Notes: a model not told the origin generated them from the letters alone. 64,000 nt of DNA from Nitrospirota bacterium (GCA_963751455.1 CAVVUN010000001.1:128001-192000); one strand, 5' to 3'. Positions 1-9,378 are shown, counted from the stretch's first letter. Numbers and translations are program-made.

Positions 1-665
1 TCCGTTGCGTAGGCATCGACCTCAATGAAGTAACTCCCGGTCGTCAGCGTTCCAAAACTTACGACCGCAGACGTGTCCGTCGTATAGCCTGTTATACAGT
101 TTGTGTCAGGATCGCAGACGTTATAGGCGTAAGATCCAGCGCCGTCGATGCTAGGCCAAGTGAGCTTAATATCGCTCCCCGAGGAACTTGCGTTCGGAGC
201 AGGCCGGGAAAGTACGGAAGATGTGATGGTGAAGTCATCATAAATGGTTGTAGAGCCATCGGTTGCTGTTGCACGATAAGTGCCGGGAACAGGATCGAAA
301 CTAGCCCATTCCCAGGTCATAAAACTTCCGAGGCGGGGATCGGAATAATCGACAACAAGCGGAGAGGAAATCCCAGGACCTGTAATAGTAATCGTCCAAG
401 GCAGCGTTGGGCCCCAACCACTGCCGTCCCTTAGCGTTACAAGCAGGGACAGACCCTTCGCTCCTGATCCGTCATTCAACGTCCCGCCCGAAGCAACAAG
501 TGTATAGCCTCCGTCAGCGTTGGTCGGGGTACCGGGATTGTTTTTCTTCCCCCCCTTGCAGCCAAAAAGAGTGAACAGTAGGATGACGGATAAAAAAGTG
601 ACAAGCGAAAAATGGGGAAAGATGCGGACAAGAGGCAATGACTTTGATAAGGAATTCTTAATCAT
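1..665 (-). CDS. Secreted lipoprotein with beta-rich (Ig/FN3-like) mature region; 3' end runs off the window
   Basis: Not in the ORF track because it has no stop in the window. Manual translation from ATG 665: MIKNSLSKSLPLVRIFPHFSLVTFLSVILLFTLFGC-KGGKKNNPGTPTNADGGYTLVASGG...; lipobox LFGC; frame open to position 1. Its GGAGG RBS now lies on the far side of the IS (2067-2071). Confidence 0.75.
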   Translation of the reverse strand, partial: MIKNSLSKSLPLVRIFPHFSLVTFLSVILLFTLFGCKGGKKNNPGTPTNADGGYTLVASGGTLNDGSGAKGLSLLVTLRDGSGWGPTLPWTITITGPGISSPLVVDYSDPRLGSFMTWEWASFDPVPGTYRATATDGSTTIYDDFTITSSVLSRPAPNASSSGSDIKLTWPSIDGAGSYAYNVCDPDTNCITGYTTDTSAVVSFGTLTTGSYFIEVDAYAT

Positions 666-667
666 TT

Positions 668-2056
668 GGTAGTGTAGAAAAGGAGAGACTTTGGACATGA
701 AGTAACAACAAATTGCCCTCCATTTTATGGATAATAGTTTTGGACGAAACTAACCATAAAACAGGAGGGCAATATGGGTGTTACCCCACAAAGGAAAGGT
801 ATCACCATCAGTTTTGATTGTCAATTTGAAGTGCATTTGAAGGACAGCTCTCTTTCATCAATACTCGCCGCCTTTGCCGAGCTTTTGCCGCAGATTTTGA
901 CGGACTTCATTCAGAAAGTGCTTGTAGGCTTTGGCGAGCATGTGATGGCTCTTAAGAAAAAGCCTTTTGCCTGCGGGTGCGGCAATGATCGGGAATTCAC
1001 ATGGAAGACGCGGCACGGGAAAAAGACTAAGATTCATGCCTTTTACCAATGGGTCTGGTTACAGCAGCTCCAGGTTGTTTGCAAACGCTGTGGGAGTAAG
1101 CTCTACATCACCCGAAAGCTGCTCGGAATGAAGCCGAAAAAGCGAATAGCGGCAGAAATTTATCGAAAGCTTGGGCTTCTGGGTTCCTTGACAACCTTTC
1201 GTGTGGCGGAGAAGATCGGCAAGATGTTCGGCTGGGCCGTGGACAAGATGACGGTCTGGAGCGCTGTCCAAAAGACGGGGTCGGAAATAGAGTTCAAGGT
1301 TGATGAAAAGGAGCTTCCCCAGGGCGAGGCTGACGGGACCGGGATCGGCATCAAGGGAATCAAGAAGCGCGGGAAGGAATTGAAGGCGTTCATACAGTAC
1401 AAGAAGGGTGGCGGCGTGCGGGTGGCGGGCCTTGATATCGGGAATTATAACGGGTCCTGGGACAACCTTTTCAAGAAGAGTCTCAAGGCTCTGGGGAGCT
1501 TCACCCGTCCGTTTTCCTTAATCACCGACGGCGACACCTCCATCCTGGATGCTCTTAAGGGGAAGGTGAAGATAATTGTTCAGCGCTGCTTGTGGCATAT
1601 TCCCTATCAAGCGAAGTATGTGTTGTGGCAGGACAAAGTGAAGCGTAAGAGCGAGGACTGGTTGTATGTGATCGTGGAGCTGATGGAAATCTGCGCGATA
1701 CGGCCGTTTGTAGACGACAAGCAGACGATAGCCGCGATGATCGCTTCGAAGAAGGCCCGGCTGGATGAACTGATAAAGCGGTGCGCTGAGAGAGAATATA
1801 CTCACACAGCCGCTTATCTTGAAAATGCCCGCCCGGATATGTTTACGGCGATCAAGAAGAGATTAGACGGTAAGACCACGAGCAAGGTGGAGCGACTCAT
1901 GCGCACGGTCAATATGCGGGTAAACGTGAGCAAGTGGACCGAGGCCGGAGCGCTGAATGTCATGAAAGTCCGGCTGGCTTATTACTATAACGGATTTGAT
2001 GCATAATGCGCGTAAAATGGGGGGCTTTTGTCAGGTCTCCACTTGACAACGCTACC
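668..2056 (+). mobile_element. Insertion sequence, ISH6-like (IS256/ISLre2-related), 1389 bp
   Basis: Imperfect terminal inverted repeats GGTAGTGTAGAAAAGGAGAGAC and GGTAGCGTTGTCAAGTGGAGAC (reverse complement of right end); perfect 8-bp target duplication AATCATTT at 660-667 and 2057-2064; one transposase ORF. GGT ends, ~1.4 kb size and 8-bp DR fit ISH6. Confidence 0.85.
774..2006 (+). CDS. DDE transposase (ISH6/UPF0236-like)
   Basis: 410 aa; EADGTG, LITDGD, QRCLWH and TTSKVERLMR motifs of IS256-superfamily transposases; GGAGG RBS at 764-768; lies between the TIRs. Confidence 0.85.
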   Translation: MGVTPQRKGITISFDCQFEVHLKDSSLSSILAAFAELLPQILTDFIQKVLVGFGEHVMALKKKPFACGCGNDREFTWKTRHGKKTKIHAFYQWVWLQQLQVVCKRCGSKLYITRKLLGMKPKKRIAAEIYRKLGLLGSLTTFRVAEKIGKMFGWAVDKMTVWSAVQKTGSEIEFKVDEKELPQGEADGTGIGIKGIKKRGKELKAFIQYKKGGGVRVAGLDIGNYNGSWDNLFKKSLKALGSFTRPFSLITDGDTSILDALKGKVKIIVQRCLWHIPYQAKYVLWQDKVKRKSEDWLYVIVELMEICAIRPFVDDKQTIAAMIASKKARLDELIKRCAEREYTHTAAYLENARPDMFTAIKKRLDGKTTSKVERLMRTVNMRVNVSKWTEAGALNVMKVRLAYYYNGFDA

Positions 2057-2113
2057 AATCATTTTGCCTCCAAAACAGATACAAATTGACTGTCTCATAG
2101 ACTTCTATCAATT

Positions 2114-2196
2114 AAAAAAAAAGGGGGGGGGATGTGTGATGTATGTATGTATGTATGTATGTATGTATGTATGTATGTATGTATGTATGTATGTAT
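2114..2196. repeat. Simple-sequence repeat: A9-G9 homopolymers followed by (ATGT)14
   Basis: A9 at 2114-2122, G9 at 2123-2131, 14 perfect ATGT units at 2139-2194. Confidence 0.95.
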
Positions 2197-2243
2197 AAAG
2201 TATTACAAATAAAATTATTTTGACATAAAATATAAATTTTGTC

Positions 2244-2281
2244 TCGGCTTTTGTTGCTTTTTTTCTTCGGCTTTTGTTGCT
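2244..2281 (-). promoter_or_regulatory. 15-bp direct repeat (AGCAACAAAAGCCGA x2, 23-bp period), candidate AraC-family operator
   Basis: TCGGCTTTTGTTGCT at 2244-2258 and 2267-2281, upstream of the lipoprotein gene and just downstream of an AraC-type regulator. The regulatory role is inferred. Confidence 0.45.
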
Positions 2282-2385
2282 GTTTATATTTTAATCAAAT
2301 TGGTTCCTATGGAAGTGACGTGCAGAATAAACCAGAAAAACAGGGGTCATAAATACAGGCGGGAAATCGAGATTCAGTTTGATAT

Positions 2386-3171
2386 TTATTTATTTCTGAT
2401 TTTATTTCGGAACTGAGTAGGCGTAGATCCGAGAACTTTCTTGAAAATTCTTTCGAAGTGGGTCAAATCCGAAAAGCCCGTACAGAAACCGACGTCCGTT
2501 ATCGAGAGGGCCTGATCGGTCAACAGTTTTTTTGCCTGTTCTATTCTCACCCGATTTAAATAGCTTTGATAGGTCAATCCCGTCGTTTCTTTGAACGTCC
2601 GGGAAAAATGAAATCTGGAGACAGACGCTATCTTTGCCACCTGATCAAGGCTGATATTCGTGGAACAGTTGCTGTGAATATATTGAAGCGCTTTATGAAT
2701 GTAACTGCTCTTGTCGTTCGTGTCGGCGTCCTGGACCTCTTCTCTCACGCTTGTTTCAGCTGGGTCCAGTGGGGCCGTTCTGTGCTTGACCGGCCCGATG
2801 CCCTTACGAAACAAGCATATATTTATCCGTTCTATAAAATCGTCATAAATGAAGGGTTTTTTAACGTAATCTCGTGCTCCAAGTCTGAATGCTTTCACGG
2901 CAACATCTTCATTGCCATACCCGGTTATGAAGATCACCGGAATTAAAGGCATGAGCTTCTTTAATTCTTTTAGAACATCGATGCCTGACATGTCCGGCAG
3001 CTTATAATCAATGACCGCAAGATTAAGATCAGGGTTCTTTTTAAGATAACGGATCGCCGTTTTACCGTCAGGCTTGATTACAACTATGAAGCTCTTGGGA
3101 AGAAAATAACGATGAAGCTTTATCATTTCCAAGTCGTCTTCAACAACAAGAATCTTTTTTTTGACGGCCAT
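2386..3171 (-). CDS. Response regulator, REC domain plus AraC-type HTH
   Basis: KKILVVEDD...IDYKLPDMSG...ITGYG...DYVKKP receiver; C-terminal SRFHFSRTFK...GFSDLTHFERIFKK AraC HTH. ATG at 3171 preferred over TTG 3186. Confidence 0.9.
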   Translation of the reverse strand: MAVKKKILVVEDDLEMIKLHRYFLPKSFIVVIKPDGKTAIRYLKKNPDLNLAVIDYKLPDMSGIDVLKELKKLMPLIPVIFITGYGNEDVAVKAFRLGARDYVKKPFIYDDFIERINICLFRKGIGPVKHRTAPLDPAETSVREEVQDADTNDKSSYIHKALQYIHSNCSTNISLDQVAKIASVSRFHFSRTFKETTGLTYQSYLNRVRIEQAKKLLTDQALSITDVGFCTGFSDLTHFERIFKKVLGSTPTQFRNKIRNK

Positions 3172-3529
3172 ATAATCTGCGCTCAATCTTTCTCGTTACA
3201 TCGACAATGACAAATATGGTTACAACGACGGTGGTGTCGCTTCCCGGAGTCTAGAATTTAAAGAACCAGCTCACCGATTTCAAATTTAATCATCCTGACT
3301 TACAAATGAGAGCGATCTTTGAAAATCCGAAACCAGCCTATCCAAGTTAAATAAAGCTTGGCTGCAAACGATAGTTTTTCTAAATATGATATGGTTTTTT
3401 TAAAATATCAAGAAAATAATGATGGTTTTTTGGGATATATTTTAGGGAATGCCATTATCCCTTATTAACAGCGGCGTTATAGTGTGATTTTTCCATCGAT
3501 ATCATCATATTTAACTATTCATGACAATA

Positions 3530-3563
3530 AAACAAAAAGCCGCTCCATTGAGCCGGGAGCGGC
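3530..3563 (-). terminator. Rho-independent terminator after the FecR-domain gene
   Basis: Stem GCCGCTCC / GGAGCGGC followed by a T-rich tract on the minus strand. Confidence 0.7.
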
Positions 3564-3590
3564 CTCATAACATTTTCATGGAATTTATTC

Positions 3591-4349
3591 TTAAAAATCG
3601 AGCTCCTTGTCCCTCTCCTGGTTCCACTTCACCCAGTCGTCGGCCTCGGCCTTGGGATCGAAATCCTGCGGCTTGGACGGTATGCCCTGCGGCGATATTG
3701 TAATCTGCTGCATAGCCTTGACAATCTCGGTCCATTCTTCCATGGTTACCTCATGGTACGGCGGCGGGACTGCATGTGGACCTGACACCTCGTGAGGAGC
3801 CTTAGACATGTCTGCCGCCTGAGAAGGATCCCTCGGCGGATTTGCGACATATACGGACCCGTCATAAACCTTGACCATGGCGCTGTTGTCTTCTTCCACA
3901 TTTACGCGATATACCGTCCCGCGTACTCCGGCAACGGCATTTGCCGTCTTGACTTGTACCGACGAATCAGCGGTCAGCTTCCTCACCTTGGCCCAGAGCC
4001 TGCCGACAGAGAGGCCCACTGTGATATTTTTCGTTTCGGTTTTCGGATCATATTTGACTTCGCTCATGAGAAAACGGGACTTTTGGGCCAGACGCATAAC
4101 ACTGCCGTCAGGATACCGTATCTCTACCTGCGACCGGTCGCCCACGAGTATTTCATTATCGTCGGTGAGCTTGTCTCCTTTTTTCAATGCGCGTCCCGGT
4201 GCTTTCTTTTTTGTAAATACCTGCGCGCTTCCGTCTATGGCAGTAACAACAGCGCTGCTGCTTCCGGCTGTCTTTTTTTCCACGGCTTCTCCGGAACCGG
4301 ATATAAACATCACCATCGACGCAGCGACAAGCCACATGAATCGTTTCAT
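3591..4349 (-). CDS. Secreted FecR-domain protein
   Basis: Signal peptide; FecR signatures G.S.VEI.YPDGS.MRL...S and VKTANAVAGVRGT.Y.V...V.V..G.V.V. Confidence 0.8.
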   Translation of the reverse strand: MKRFMWLVAASMVMFISGSGEAVEKKTAGSSSAVVTAIDGSAQVFTKKKAPGRALKKGDKLTDDNEILVGDRSQVEIRYPDGSVMRLAQKSRFLMSEVKYDPKTETKNITVGLSVGRLWAKVRKLTADSSVQVKTANAVAGVRGTVYRVNVEEDNSAMVKVYDGSVYVANPPRDPSQAADMSKAPHEVSGPHAVPPPYHEVTMEEWTEIVKAMQQITISPQGIPSKPQDFDPKAEADDWVKWNQERDKELDF

Positions 4350-4396
4350 AATGGTTTTATCCTTTCACCAAGCTGTCACCGAACCCAGTTTGCTCT

Positions 4397-5368
4397 TCAG
4401 CGGCTCAGTTTTACTATATCACCCGGCTGGAATCCTACACCCGACGTAGGCGTTGCAATGGAAAGATCCGCCTGGTCACCAATGTCATTCTGCTGAACGA
4501 TGGCCTGCCCGATCTTGTTCTCCGTGGTCCCCAGCTTCATTTTGGTGACCGGGTCGATGATTTCCTTGCCCGGACGAAACACATCGAGCTTGTCGCCCGT
4601 GTTCAATCCTGATTTCTGTCCGGCGTTGATGTAAAGGTTGCTCCCGTCCACCTGCGCAACTCTGCCGTTCCATTTACGGGTCCCGAGTTTCTGCACCATA
4701 TTCACCATAGCTTTTGTGAGAGCATCTCTCAGCGCACCGTCGCGCAGATCGGAATCATAGCTTACTTTGCTTCCAGCTCCCAGCACGGTAGTCGCCTTTT
4801 TTTGATAGATACCGGCCCCTGAATCGGCCATAAGCTGGACACCCGTGGTTGTATCAACGATCCGATAATCGACCGTTACCCGTGCAATCTGCGTTTTGCT
4901 TTTACCGATGATAAAATCCGTCCCCTCTTCCGCTTCTGAATAGGCAGTGACGGCGCCGGTCACAATTGCATTTAAACCCAGAACTTTTCCCATCTCCGCC
5001 GCGGTATCCGGATTAACCGCGCCCGTAGCGCCCATCCGCTGTTGCGAGAGAATCGAGTCTATGTCCTGCTGCGGTATGACGATAAAACGGTCGGTCTTCT
5101 GTAAAATGGTCCCGAGGATGTCAGCTGCCGCTTCGCCGATTCCAAGCACTTTCGACGGAGTTTTGTTCTGAAAATTTACGACACCTACTCTCAGTTTCGG
5201 GCCCTTATACTCTTTCACGTCGCTCGCCTGGGTCAGTTCACTCGACGTGTTCGTAGCGGTTGTATCGTCTTTGACCTGTCCTCTCTTGGCCGCGTCCGAG
5301 CTTGTTGCAGCGGCAGTTAAAACGGTTGCGCTAACCAACCATATGAACATAACCCTCTTCAAATCCAT
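4397..5368 (-). CDS. CsgG/HfaB-family protein with FlgT-like C-terminal domain
   Basis: Signal peptide; KLRVGVVNF...ILSQQRMGATGAVNPDTAAEMGKVLGLNAIVTGAVT...VDYRIVDTTTG; C-terminal GRVAQVDGSNLYINAGQKSGL..GD.L.V...G.EIIDPVT..LG. Confidence 0.8.
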   Translation of the reverse strand: MDLKRVMFIWLVSATVLTAAATSSDAAKRGQVKDDTTATNTSSELTQASDVKEYKGPKLRVGVVNFQNKTPSKVLGIGEAAADILGTILQKTDRFIVIPQQDIDSILSQQRMGATGAVNPDTAAEMGKVLGLNAIVTGAVTAYSEAEEGTDFIIGKSKTQIARVTVDYRIVDTTTGVQLMADSGAGIYQKKATTVLGAGSKVSYDSDLRDGALRDALTKAMVNMVQKLGTRKWNGRVAQVDGSNLYINAGQKSGLNTGDKLDVFRPGKEIIDPVTKMKLGTTENKIGQAIVQQNDIGDQADLSIATPTSGVGFQPGDIVKLSR

Positions 5369-5400
5369 CGTAATTCCTCCTCAATACCGAATTATAATAA

Positions 5401-6792
5401 TTATTTCGTTTCCGCCATGAGCTCCATGAATGAGTGCGCCTCCGTATATCCGCCGGGGATCTCGAACAGCGATCCCGGGGGCGTTTTGAGGACGATCGTT
5501 TTGAGCTCCGTCGTGACGCGAACATCGCTGTTCTCTAATTCGCTTTTGATGGTCATGTTGTCGAGGTCACGAGCATACCACATGAACCCTTCCTGCACGG
5601 TGCCGTTCTTGTACGTGATTTTGACTTTATATTTGTCGGTCGGATGTTTATCGACCACTTCGCTTCCAATCCGTGTTTTTTCCACAAGGGGCTTTTCATA
5701 TGCTTCCGTTTTGCCGTCGGTAATGGTCATGAATTTCTTCGACTCGGGATAGAGAGTATAACCCGTATTCTTGTCACCGTTGTACACCATGGACATCCTG
5801 CTCATGGCCGGGGGCGCGCCCTGGCCGCCTTTCATCATAGTTGAAAGGTCCATGTCCATCCTGATCTTTTCGCCCGCCTTTGAAATGGGGATTTCGTAAT
5901 TATAGCTGTTACTGCTGTTCTTGTCCATGGTTACCGAAATGAGCACGGCTGAAAAATCCTTTTTCCCGTAATCCATATACCCGAATGACGGAGCCTGGGG
6001 ATTTTTGATTTTCGGCAATGAAATTACCATCGGCTTCGCAACAGGCTCGCGGGCAGAAGCGGTTTCCGGCCCTGGTCCCCAAGGAAGCGTATCTATGATC
6101 CTTCGAGCCATCTCTTTCGATTCATAATCCAGGTGAACGCCGATTGCTTTTGTGAGCAGCTTTGCCCCCATGCCCAGGGCGAATGCCTTTCCGATGTTAT
6201 TTTCACTGGTTGTCACACTGTCAATAGTTACCCACGGCACCTCTTTTTCCCTCGCATCGGCAGTCCGGTTCAGGGCCGACGTGACCGATCCGCTTCTGCC
6301 GGCCATTTTTGTTTCCGTTCGTACCCCCAGTCCTCTTTCCCAAAACGTCTGCCCCGCGCCTGTATCGACCAGTTTGAACTTAGCCCGGACCTTTCGCACA
6401 TTAATCAGACCTGTCGTCGTTTCATCAAAATCCATGAGCGATCCATACAGAACGCCTTCAACACCCAGGGCTTCGCCGAGCTTCTGCGGCGTGGTCATTT
6501 CGAGCTGGCCGCCGAGAGTAATGCCCATCCGATCTCTCAGTATCTGGTCGGTTTCCTGGACATCCTTGACGATATATGCCCTACTCTCCAGCATCTCTAT
6601 CATCTTTTTTCTGACCAAGTCAGGACCGGCTACATCCAGCGTATCGTTCTTCAAGGGTAAAACTGCAACCCGTTTAAGAGGATTGCTTGCATCATAATGC
6701 CTGGGTACTATACGGCGGGGCGCTGACGCACAGGATACGAGCACACTTGAAACAGCGACGACACCCAATAATCTGCACAGCATTTTCACCAT
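5401..6792 (-). CDS. DUF799/GNA1162-family lipoprotein fused to a DUF4412-like domain
   Basis: Lipobox LVSC; RVAVLPLKNDT...PQKLGEALGVEGVLYG...V.AKFKLVD...G...W; C-terminal KTRIGSEVVDKHPTDKYKV...GSLFEIPGGY. Confidence 0.7.
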   Translation of the reverse strand: MVKMLCRLLGVVAVSSVLVSCASAPRRIVPRHYDASNPLKRVAVLPLKNDTLDVAGPDLVRKKMIEMLESRAYIVKDVQETDQILRDRMGITLGGQLEMTTPQKLGEALGVEGVLYGSLMDFDETTTGLINVRKVRAKFKLVDTGAGQTFWERGLGVRTETKMAGRSGSVTSALNRTADAREKEVPWVTIDSVTTSENNIGKAFALGMGAKLLTKAIGVHLDYESKEMARRIIDTLPWGPGPETASAREPVAKPMVISLPKIKNPQAPSFGYMDYGKKDFSAVLISVTMDKNSSNSYNYEIPISKAGEKIRMDMDLSTMMKGGQGAPPAMSRMSMVYNGDKNTGYTLYPESKKFMTITDGKTEAYEKPLVEKTRIGSEVVDKHPTDKYKVKITYKNGTVQEGFMWYARDLDNMTIKSELENSDVRVTTELKTIVLKTPPGSLFEIPGGYTEAHSFMELMAETK

Positions 6793-6888
6793 ACCATCTC
6801 CTTTGTCCGTGATCCATAAGACTGTTTCCAGGTCTCAATTGCTTACTTATTTTTGTATCCCGGCGAGACAAGAGAGCCGTCTACGTTT

Positions 6889-7959
6889 TTAATAAACTAT
6901 GATGACCCGACAGTATTGCAGAAATTCGGCCTTTGACGATAACTGCCGAAGCGTGTCAGCGTCCGCCTGTCCGATCATGAGATCCGTCTTTGTGCTGCCC
7001 GACGCGCTCAACCCTTTTATGACCGCCGGGTTGTCGGTCACTCTGAAATTGTTGGATGCAGCGCTTACATCTTTGGCGTATCCAGCAACGCCTTGCTCGA
7101 CCGCATTGGTCCTCGTAGCAACCTGTCCTACATAAACCTCGCTGCCTTGCGGATCCACGATTTTAGGCAGAAGCGCAGGCCTTAAGCCAAGACCTCTTCC
7201 GTCGATCACCAAACCGGTCGCAACACCGCCTTTAAAATTCACTGTTGCATCAGATTGCGGTGCCGGTGCCGGCTGAGGTAATGCAGGTTTCAAAGGTTCA
7301 GTCTTCTTTTCGGGTTGTGACGGGATAGGCTGTAGCGGCTCTCCGTGCGGTTCCGGGACCTTCGTCGTCGTAGGGGCGGGTTTGGAGGGCTCCGGTTTTG
7401 CAGGGTCGGCTTTCTTGTCCGGCGTCACCGGTTGAGCGGGTTTAATATCCGACGGTTTCTGGGGAATGAGGACTGGTTTCTGAGGAACAGTTACCGTCGA
7501 GGATCGGCCGAACGTTTCCGGCACGACCGCGTTCATGAAGGCGCCCCTCATCGGCATTGATACGACCACTTCCACGGACCCATCGGACAAGTACCTGGTT
7601 TTAACGACGCGCGCTCCCCTCACAATGCCGTCAACCTTGGTCCTGATTATGTCGCTTTTTGTCATGAAATTTTCAACCACGGTCTCCGAATCCACGCGTA
7701 CTTCTTTTACGGCCTCGAGCAAATTGCGTATCCCAACCACAAACGCGGCCCGCTCGGTCATTGCACGCGCCTGCGCGGCATTTGCCGCATTGGCCGGCGG
7801 TGCGCCTATGCCCGTTGCATAAACCTCTCCGATAGTCCAGTTGATGGTACCTGAAGCCGTGTTCTCAACGGCGTCGGAAGGAGCGAACGTCTGGGCATCT
7901 GAATTTGCAAACGCGAAAAGAAACATAACAGCGAGCAAGAATGAGAACTTATAATTCAT
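6889..7959 (-). CDS. LPP20/FlgP-like secreted protein with Pro/Lys-rich linker
   Basis: Signal peptide; ATGIGAPP...ARAMTERAA..RNLLEAVKEVRVDSETVVENF; C-terminal TGLVIDGRGLGLRPALLPKI; clear paralog of 10726-11604. Confidence 0.7.
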   Translation of the reverse strand: MNYKFSFLLAVMFLFAFANSDAQTFAPSDAVENTASGTINWTIGEVYATGIGAPPANAANAAQARAMTERAAFVVGIRNLLEAVKEVRVDSETVVENFMTKSDIIRTKVDGIVRGARVVKTRYLSDGSVEVVVSMPMRGAFMNAVVPETFGRSSTVTVPQKPVLIPQKPSDIKPAQPVTPDKKADPAKPEPSKPAPTTTKVPEPHGEPLQPIPSQPEKKTEPLKPALPQPAPAPQSDATVNFKGGVATGLVIDGRGLGLRPALLPKIVDPQGSEVYVGQVATRTNAVEQGVAGYAKDVSAASNNFRVTDNPAVIKGLSASGSTKTDLMIGQADADTLRQLSSKAEFLQYCRVIIVY

Positions 7960-7995
7960 GTTCTTTTCTCCTTCATGACTGTGCCTTACAGAGTC

Positions 7996-9378
7996 TTATT
8001 TGATGGCGAAATCAAGCAGAGTTTCCTTGCCCGCTTCAGCCTGGCCCGTTTTCGAAACTTCCTTATCCCCCGCCATTGCAGACACCTTATATTGGCCCGG
8101 CGCAAGGCCCTCTATACGGTAGGTCCCGTCTTTCTCTATAGGCACGCCGTAACTGGTGCTTCCATCCCGATAAAACACATCCCCATCCTGGAGCGGCCTG
8201 CCCCGGGAATCGAAAACCTTGCCCTTGATAACGCCGCCGGGTTGAAGCGTGAAGTCGAGCGTATAAATCTTACCCTGTTCCACCTGAAACTCCCGTGAAG
8301 ATTTCGTAAACCCGGATCCTTTCAGCTCAAGCCGATATTTGCCCGGTTTCTCAAGCGCAGCCGCATACCGACCGTCCGTAAAAGGATAAGGAGTTCCCCG
8401 TCCGTCTTTCCAGAGAACCGCCGCTCCTTTCAAAACCGATAAACCGTTCCTGTCGTTTACCCGTCCTGTCACCAGCGCAGAATTCTGGCGATCATCAAGC
8501 CTGCGGCCGAGCCGTTTTTCTTTGGGCATCGGCAGTTCATCGACCATCAGGGTATTGTTTTCCTCTTTAAAAATCGTGAAGAACGTGGCCTTGTCCACAT
8601 CCAGATAGCCTTCCTTATACTTGCCGGGCATTTCCATGCCGTCCAGACGCAGAATCATATGAAAAGGGTCGACGAAATTATGTGAATGTTCCGCATCCGA
8701 GAATGCCCATCCGGTATCAGGATAAAATATTTCAAGATAGGCATGGAATCCGCCGTCGTTTACCTTCACACCCCAATAATCCTTAGAAAATCCCCATTCA
8801 TATCCGGGCGGCAGATAGCCGTGCGCTATTCGTGCCGGAATGCCTGCCGCGCGGAGCAGCGCAACCGAGAGATTGGAATAGCCGACGCAATAGGCTTTCT
8901 TGTGCCGCAAGGCTGAAACTGCATCAGGGGGAACAGATATGCTCGCATCGAATGTAAGGTTGTCTGCGACCCAGGAAAGAACCGCATGAGCAGCTTCATG
9001 TACAAACCTGCTGTCTTTTGTAATTTCTTTTGCAAGGCGTAGAATGGCCGGGTCTGATGATTGCCGGTCCTTCTCGGGGCTTAGGTACTGAAAAAGAGCA
9101 GCAGGGACGACACCTGAAGCGATGGGAAACGGAACCCGGGACTTCATGGGTCGCATTTTTGACGTAACCTGGACCCTTTTGCTGAACTCATCCTGACTGA
9201 GCACTTTTTGTTCGAAAGATTCGTTGGAATAATCGGGGATGAATGCAACGCCGCGCGGATTGACGATATCGTAAATAACAATGTGTTCCCCCTCGAGCAC
9301 TTTGAGGCCTGCAATGGCGCTCGAGGCTGACAACAAAACCAAAAAGAAAATGACAATACAGAGGGCTCGATATCTCAT
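7996..9378 (-). CDS. Secreted transglutaminase-like protein with carboxypeptidase-regulatory-like domains
   Basis: Signal peptide; triad motifs AYCVGYSNL..ALLRAAGIPAR, GFHAYLE, GWAFSD; two C-terminal beta-sandwich repeats (GTYRIEGLAPGQYKV). Confidence 0.8.
   Translation of the reverse strand: MRYRALCIVIFFLVLLSASSAIAGLKVLEGEHIVIYDIVNPRGVAFIPDYSNESFEQKVLSQDEFSKRVQVTSKMRPMKSRVPFPIASGVVPAALFQYLSPEKDRQSSDPAILRLAKEITKDSRFVHEAAHAVLSWVADNLTFDASISVPPDAVSALRHKKAYCVGYSNLSVALLRAAGIPARIAHGYLPPGYEWGFSKDYWGVKVNDGGFHAYLEIFYPDTGWAFSDAEHSHNFVDPFHMILRLDGMEMPGKYKEGYLDVDKATFFTIFKEENNTLMVDELPMPKEKRLGRRLDDRQNSALVTGRVNDRNGLSVLKGAAVLWKDGRGTPYPFTDGRYAAALEKPGKYRLELKGSGFTKSSREFQVEQGKIYTLDFTLQPGGVIKGKVFDSRGRPLQDGDVFYRDGSTSYGVPIEKDGTYRIEGLAPGQYKVSAMAGDKEVSKTGQAEAGKETLLDFAIK

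Noticed and set aside
92-274. 60-aa ORF on the minus strand
   Set aside because: It is an alternate frame inside the longer lipoprotein ORF (665 to the window edge).
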